Positions 59,550 through 64,000 of a stretch of DNA of 64,000 nt are shown one piece after another. This stretch comes from Myxococcota bacterium (GTDB lineage: Bacteria; Myxococcota_A; UBA796; UBA2385): NCBI GenBank assembly GCA_044344255.1, contig JBIJDH010000018.1:64001-128000 (forward strand). Reading direction: 5' to 3'. The position numbers and the translations under genes were made by a program. Within the stretch, counting starts at the first letter, position 1, and the number at the start of each line of letters is the position of its first letter. Under the pieces are notes generated by a model. The model was not told the DNA's origin, did not search any database, and saw only the letters and a list, made by a program, of their open reading frames with translations.

Positions 59550-59585
59550 CGGAGCGGGTCGATTCGGCCCGCTCCGACTGTTTAC
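59550..59585 (+). terminator. Probable intrinsic terminator after the 36-aa peptide gene
   Basis: cggagcgggtcg-att-cggcccgctccg, a 12-bp stem with one G-U pair, then a weak T tract (actgtttac). Confidence 0.6.
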
Positions 59586-59612
59586 CCGTCCTCATTCTCC
59601 CTCTCCCCGCCC

Positions 59613-59635
59613 CCCTATTCGGGGATGACGGGGGG
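59613..59635. repeat. 23-bp direct repeat, copy 2
   Basis: ccctattcggggatgacgggggg. Confidence 0.85.
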
Positions 59636-59855
59636 ACGGCGGAGTCTCGGACGAGCGCGTCCCAGGCCTCCTTCGCCACATTGGGGTCGAGCTTCAGCTC
59701 CTTCTCGACCTCCATCCGGTTGATCTTCTTGAGCTCTGCATAGAGGTCCTCGATGTCATCGAGGTGATCGGTGACCGCATTGAGCGCCTTCTTCGCGTTG
59801 ACCAGGCCTCCAGCGCCTTTCGTTCCCGCTCGGCGATCTCCTCGAGGTCTTTCAT
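59615..59855 (-). pseudogene. Frameshifted helical ORF remnant (~80 aa) ending in PPVIPE*
   Basis: Adding one G (gagg[g]cc) and one C in the C6 run gives MKDLEEIAERERKALEGLVNAKKALNAVTDHLDDIEDLYAELKKINRMEVEKELKLDPNVAKEAWDALVRDSAVPPVIPE*, with strongly coding-like codons. Confidence 0.55.
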
Positions 59856-60031
59856 CCCGGAAACGGGCTGGGCCCTTCGGTGATGGTGGGGACTACGGCA
59901 GGGAAGCGGGCCCGAATTTCGCTGAGCTCTGGCAGGAGGAACCTCCGCCGCCGACGCACCGTGTTCAGGCGGCGGTGCAAGGAGGTGGACGGAGGTGCAA
60001 GGAACAGCCGCCCCGTGAGGAGGGCGCGCGT

Positions 60032-61495
60032 CTACCGGTCGGAGACCCCGCGTCGGCCCCGGAGGCCGATCAGGACCAAGGAGAGGCCGAGCGCGAGCCG
60101 GCCCCACGCTCCACCCTCTGTCGGGCTCGCCGACGGGGCGGTGGAGCAGCCCTCCTTCGGCGCCCGGGTGACCTCGCCGCTGGCCTCCTCGGCTCCGCCG
60201 CCAGCCCCTTCGCCTTCGCCTTCGCCTTCGCCCTCGCCCTCGCCGCCGCCGTCGTCACCCGCGTCGGGGCTCACGCAACCGGCGGCGGGGTCACAGACAA
60301 GGCCCGCGGAGACACAGTCGGTCTCGGCGTAGGCGCCGTCGGTGCAGGCGGCGTAGGCGCCGCTGTCGGTGCAGAAGCCCGAGTGGGGCCCGGCGGCGCA
60401 GCGGGCGTCCATGCAGCCGGCGCCCAGCGTGTCGGTGCCGCAGACGAGGCCGAAGGCGGCGCAGTCTCCCGTCCCATAGACCCCGTCGTTGCAGGTGGCG
60501 ATCTGGGTGGCGTCCAGGCACTCGGCGCCGAGCCCGTCGCCGCCCGGGCAGCGGGGATCGACGCAGAAGGCCCAGTCGCCGTCCTCCTGGCAGGCGAGGC
60601 CGTAATACCCGCAGTCGCCCGTGCTCTGGGGCTGGCCGCCCTCGCAGGCCGAGAGGACGGTGCCGTCGCACCAGCGGCCGTTCGCCACCGGACAGGCGCT
60701 GTCGACCGCGCTGTGAAAGGTGACGCCGAAGTGATTGGAGACGGTGCGGAGGCTGCCGTCGGAGGGGTCATTGAGGACAGACCCGTCGAGCACGAGCGTG
60801 CTGCTCCCGCCGCCGTCCAGCATCACGCCGTCCCAACAGCCGAGCTCTACCATGAGGTCGCGCACCTCGTCGCAGGTCATCCCGTCCGAGCTCGAGCTCC
60901 GCCCGTCGATGACCATCATCCAGATGTGCTGGCCGTCGGCCTCGACACACATGGCGCTGCGGGGGTTACGCACGGAGTCAAAGCAGCCCGAGCTCTTCAC
61001 GCCGTCATTGACCATCTGGATGCCGTTGGCGCCGGTCGCCTGATAAAACCGATAGGGCGCGAGGGTGGGGGTGCTGAACCACCAGGCGCTGTCGAGGGGC
61101 AGCTCGACGCCGAGGCTGCACTGCTTCGTGATGGTACAGGCCACATATCCCCAGGTGCCGCCGAGGGTGTCATCGTGGATGTGGTCGTGCCACTGGGCGC
61201 CATTCGAGATGGCGAGGCCCACCGGCGTGGTGCCGTCTGACCAGTCGGAGTTGATGGCGAGGGTCGCGCCCGTGTTCACGGCGAAGGTCTTGGTGTTGAC
61301 CTTCCGCTCGACCCCGATCTCGTCCGAGGAGGCGTGGAGCTGCACCGTGGGCAAGGAGAGGTCGATGCGCGCCGCCCAGATGTCCCAGGGCTCCGCCGTG
61401 GTGCGGTGGAGGAGGTCGAGGCCTGCGTGGGGCGTGGTCCAGGTGTCGGTGGCCTGGGCGCTCTGGACGAAGGTGAGGGCGAGGAGGGCGAGCAT
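60032..61495 (-). CDS. Phosphodiester glycosidase (NAGPA-like) family surface protein with Cys-rich repeats and C-terminal sorting signal
   Basis: LAINSD, GLAISNG, RNPRSA, VIDGR, MLDGGGSSTL, RTVSN; Cys-rich region, GEGEGEG linker, EGCST...LGLSLVLIGLRGRR. Confidence 0.88.
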   Translation of the reverse strand: MLALLALTFVQSAQATDTWTTPHAGLDLLHRTTAEPWDIWAARIDLSLPTVQLHASSDEIGVERKVNTKTFAVNTGATLAINSDWSDGTTPVGLAISNGAQWHDHIHDDTLGGTWGYVACTITKQCSLGVELPLDSAWWFSTPTLAPYRFYQATGANGIQMVNDGVKSSGCFDSVRNPRSAMCVEADGQHIWMMVIDGRSSSSDGMTCDEVRDLMVELGCWDGVMLDGGGSSTLVLDGSVLNDPSDGSLRTVSNHFGVTFHSAVDSACPVANGRWCDGTVLSACEGGQPQSTGDCGYYGLACQEDGDWAFCVDPRCPGGDGLGAECLDATQIATCNDGVYGTGDCAAFGLVCGTDTLGAGCMDARCAAGPHSGFCTDSGAYAACTDGAYAETDCVSAGLVCDPAAGCVSPDAGDDGGGEGEGEGEGEGEGAGGGAEEASGEVTRAPKEGCSTAPSASPTEGGAWGRLALGLSLVLIGLRGRRGVSDR

Positions 61496-61605
61496 GGCGG
61501 GAGGGTAGCACGGGCGCGCCGGGGCGCTCGGCGACCGGGTGGCGCCGCTCCCGGTCGCCCGGTGCCCGGGTCCGGGCTAGGTGGACGGACGCAAGGAGTT
61601 CCGTG

Positions 61606-64000
61606 ATGCCTGATCTCCGCCTCGGTACCTGCTCCTCGGACCTCCTCCACTTCACCTTCGAGCGCCTCGAAGACGCGCTCCGCCTCTTCCTCGTCAACGC
61701 CGACGAGTCGGGCTCGATGGGCGGGCGCACGCACGAGAACGTGCGGGCTTACGAGGCGGTGGCGGCCAGCCTCGGCGGCAAGGCGGACATCGTCATCCTC
61801 CACGGCTTCGCCTCGGACAGCGACTATGAGGTCATCCTCAGCGCCGCGGCCCAGGCCCGCCTGCCGGGCATCGGGGCGATCATCCCCACCGGGCGCGGCA
61901 AGGTCCTGTCGGCGGAGGGGCCGGAGGCGGTCATTCGGCTGGGGCGGGACACGCTCGCGCGCCACGCGGCGCGGGGCTCGACCAACCCGGCCTCGCACCC
62001 GCAGCTCCTCCGCGCCCTGGCCGCCCTGCTGGACAAGCTCGACGGCGAGCTCGAGCTCGTGGTCCTCAACAGCTCGGACGGCGGCTTCGACGGCGGTCCC
62101 CGCAGCGCGCTCACCCAGCAGATCGAGGCGGCGATGCGCCTCGTCACGGCCCGCTCCCGCTGCCTGCTCGCCGCCAATGTGCTCGTGGGCTCGGCGGGGA
62201 GCCCAGACGCCCTCGGCTTCTTCACGGGAGACAGCGAGAAGTACGACAACCGCTTGCTCTTCTCCACCCTCGCCGCCGCGCCGGGCGTGCTCCTCCTCTC
62301 GGACTTTGACCCCAGCACGGTGCAGGTGGGGGCGAATGACTCCGTCCAGCACACGATCTCCCCGGCGCTGCCGATCTGGCGGGTCACGGAGGGGGACGCG
62401 CTCGTCACCTGGGCCCCCGAGGGTGCGGCGGCCTCCCCGCGCACCGCCGTGGTGCGGCGCATCCTCCCCAAGCCGGGCGGCCGGCGGATGGTGATGCGGG
62501 CCGAGGTCAGCCTGAACCCGCGGGACGTGACCCTCGACCGAGACGGGGTCGAGGTCTTTGACCTCATCGCCCGCAGCCTGTCGGACAACCCCTATCTGCG
62601 AGAGGCCTCGCGGGCGGCGCTCAATGGGCTCATCGCCCCCCTCGAGGCCCTGCTCGGCACCCGGGACGCCGTGCTCGCCATGCTGGTGGCGAGCCCCGCC
62701 GACCTCTCGCGCGAGGGCGCCCTCGTGGAGCAGATCGCGGCCAACACCCGGGCCATCCGAGCGGTGGTCGACGCGCCAGAGCTCAGCCCGCACGCGCGGG
62801 CGAGCCGCTGCAACGCGCTGAACAACGCCCGCCGCCTGCTCAAGGCGGAGCTCCGACAGGCCCGAGAGTCGATGCAGCAGGCGGCGCTCGAGCGGGAGCT
62901 CGGCTTCTATGAGGCGCACCCCAACCACTGGCTGCTCTGGCTGCAGCCGGCGATTGACCGCCTGAAGGAGCAGCTCGGCGCCACGCAGGTCGATCCCGGC
63001 GACAAGATGGCCCACCTCTCCACCCGCATCCGCACGGCGAAGTCCGCGGCGGACGGGCGCGCCCGGGCGGCCGACCGCTTCGTCGACAAGCTGCTCGCCG
63101 AGTCCCGCGCGCGGAGAGACCGCCTGTCTCGGGTGGCCGACCCGCGCGACGCGGTCCCCTTCGAGGCGCCCGGCGCCTGGCTCACCGCGGCCTGCCCCGT
63201 GAGCGGCCTGTCGCTCACGCGCGGGCTCGCGGCCATCCCCTTCGTCGCCGATCGGAGTGACCTCACGAGCGGCAACATCATGTCCGGCGGACAGAACGTC
63301 GACCGCATGCCGATCGACGACGGGCCGCTGCTCTCGCTCTCCGCGGTGCGGGAGCTCATGTGGGGGGAGCTCGGCCAGATGGCCTCCCCCTATACGAACG
63401 GCGCCGCCTGGTACAACGCCGCCATCCCCGTGCTGCTGGGCCCCGCCACCCCCGAGTCCATGCGAGAGCTCGAGCGGGCGCTCGGCTGGCTCTCCACGGG
63501 CACCTCGGCCTTCGTGCCGGTCATGGCCGAGGCCATCCCGGGCGCCCTCGCCGTGCTCCTCGGCGATCCCGCCGACGGCCCCAACCGGAGCCCGACCGTC
63601 CAGGCCCTCCTGCGCACCTCCGCCCTCCTCCCCCGCTACCGGTCCTATCCCTATGTGCCGGGGACGGCGGTCTTCGACGAGGCGGCCCCGATGTTGTCGC
63701 TCACCCAGGTCTGGGCGCAGAGCCTCGACGCGGCGGGGGGCGCGGCCTGTCTCCAGAGCCTCGGCTGTATCACCTCGCTCTTCGGCCGGGCGGTCGCCGC
63801 CGATCAGGCCGACGCCGCCGTCGTCGCCGATGACCTCTTCGCCTGGGCCTGTCGGAACATCGCCCGCGGCGTGCTGGGCGCAGGCGGTGTCGATGGGCGC
63901 GGCGGGGTTGAGGGCATCCGCCGCCTCGCCGCGGCGCTGTTTGTGCGCGTGGAGCTCGCGGGGCACCCCCTCGGCGGTGGGCCCGCCGTGGAGCTGGCCG
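61606..64000 (+). CDS. Large hypothetical protein with N-terminal VWA-like domain (3' end outside window; not in ORF track)
   Basis: AAGGAG SD at 61593-61598, ATG 61606, open frame to the window end (~798 codons, GC3-rich); FLVNADESGSM (DxSxS), GSTN, NSSDG. Confidence 0.8.
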   Translation, partial: MPDLRLGTCSSDLLHFTFERLEDALRLFLVNADESGSMGGRTHENVRAYEAVAASLGGKADIVILHGFASDSDYEVILSAAAQARLPGIGAIIPTGRGKVLSAEGPEAVIRLGRDTLARHAARGSTNPASHPQLLRALAALLDKLDGELELVVLNSSDGGFDGGPRSALTQQIEAAMRLVTARSRCLLAANVLVGSAGSPDALGFFTGDSEKYDNRLLFSTLAAAPGVLLLSDFDPSTVQVGANDSVQHTISPALPIWRVTEGDALVTWAPEGAAASPRTAVVRRILPKPGGRRMVMRAEVSLNPRDVTLDRDGVEVFDLIARSLSDNPYLREASRAALNGLIAPLEALLGTRDAVLAMLVASPADLSREGALVEQIAANTRAIRAVVDAPELSPHARASRCNALNNARRLLKAELRQARESMQQAALERELGFYEAHPNHWLLWLQPAIDRLKEQLGATQVDPGDKMAHLSTRIRTAKSAADGRARAADRFVDKLLAESRARRDRLSRVADPRDAVPFEAPGAWLTAACPVSGLSLTRGLAAIPFVADRSDLTSGNIMSGGQNVDRMPIDDGPLLSLSAVRELMWGELGQMASPYTNGAAWYNAAIPVLLGPATPESMRELERALGWLSTGTSAFVPVMAEAIPGALAVLLGDPADGPNRSPTVQALLRTSALLPRYRSYPYVPGTAVFDEAAPMLSLTQVWAQSLDAAGGAACLQSLGCITSLFGRAVAADQADAAVVADDLFAWACRNIARGVLGAGGVDGRGGVEGIRRLAAALFVRVELAGHPLGGGPAVELA

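Noticed and set aside
60205..60250. (cttcgc)n hexamer repeat
   Set aside because: Encodes a GEGEGEG linker before the sorting signal; in-frame low complexity only.

Overview
Very GC-rich bacterial chromosome segment, probably Myxococcota or a related deltaproteobacterial lineage. The taxon is an inference from the MYXO-CTERM-like tails, Cys/Asp-rich surface repeats and GEGEG linkers. About 50 CDS; I recognised no rRNA, tRNA, CRISPR array or intact mobile element. 1-25.7 kb is mostly housekeeping and envelope genes: TetR, RecQ, groEL/groES, TPR-methyltransferase, CapA-type phosphatase, GGDEF, rhomboid, an HTTM pair, DegP, a six-LTD surface protein, EamA, RbgA, YaeQ and a DEAD-box helicase. 25.7-44.6 kb is a Wzx/Wzy-type exopolysaccharide locus. 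Its unusual parts are a sulfotransferase-GT4 fusion, a NUDT22-like Nudix protein, a Wzc with a defective Walker A, and a short OPX. Directly attached (44.7-52.6 kb) is a carrier-protein cassette: double alpha/beta hydrolase, ACP, atypical acyl-CoA dehydrogenase, SerRS-like amino acid:[carrier protein] ligase, DUF1839 and GH2. This is the best candidate for a functionally undescribed system, namely tRNA-independent aminoacyl tailoring of a possibly sulfated polysaccharide. The right end has a D,D-dipeptidase / exported protein / pentaheme cytochrome operon and a repeat lipoprotein. It also has a 1.4 kb scar region (23-bp direct repeat, frameshifted remnants, truncated cyclase, a 36-aa precursor-like peptide gene) and a large VWA-type ORF that runs off the window and is missing from the ORF track. 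All family calls come from motif recognition by eye, not from database searches.
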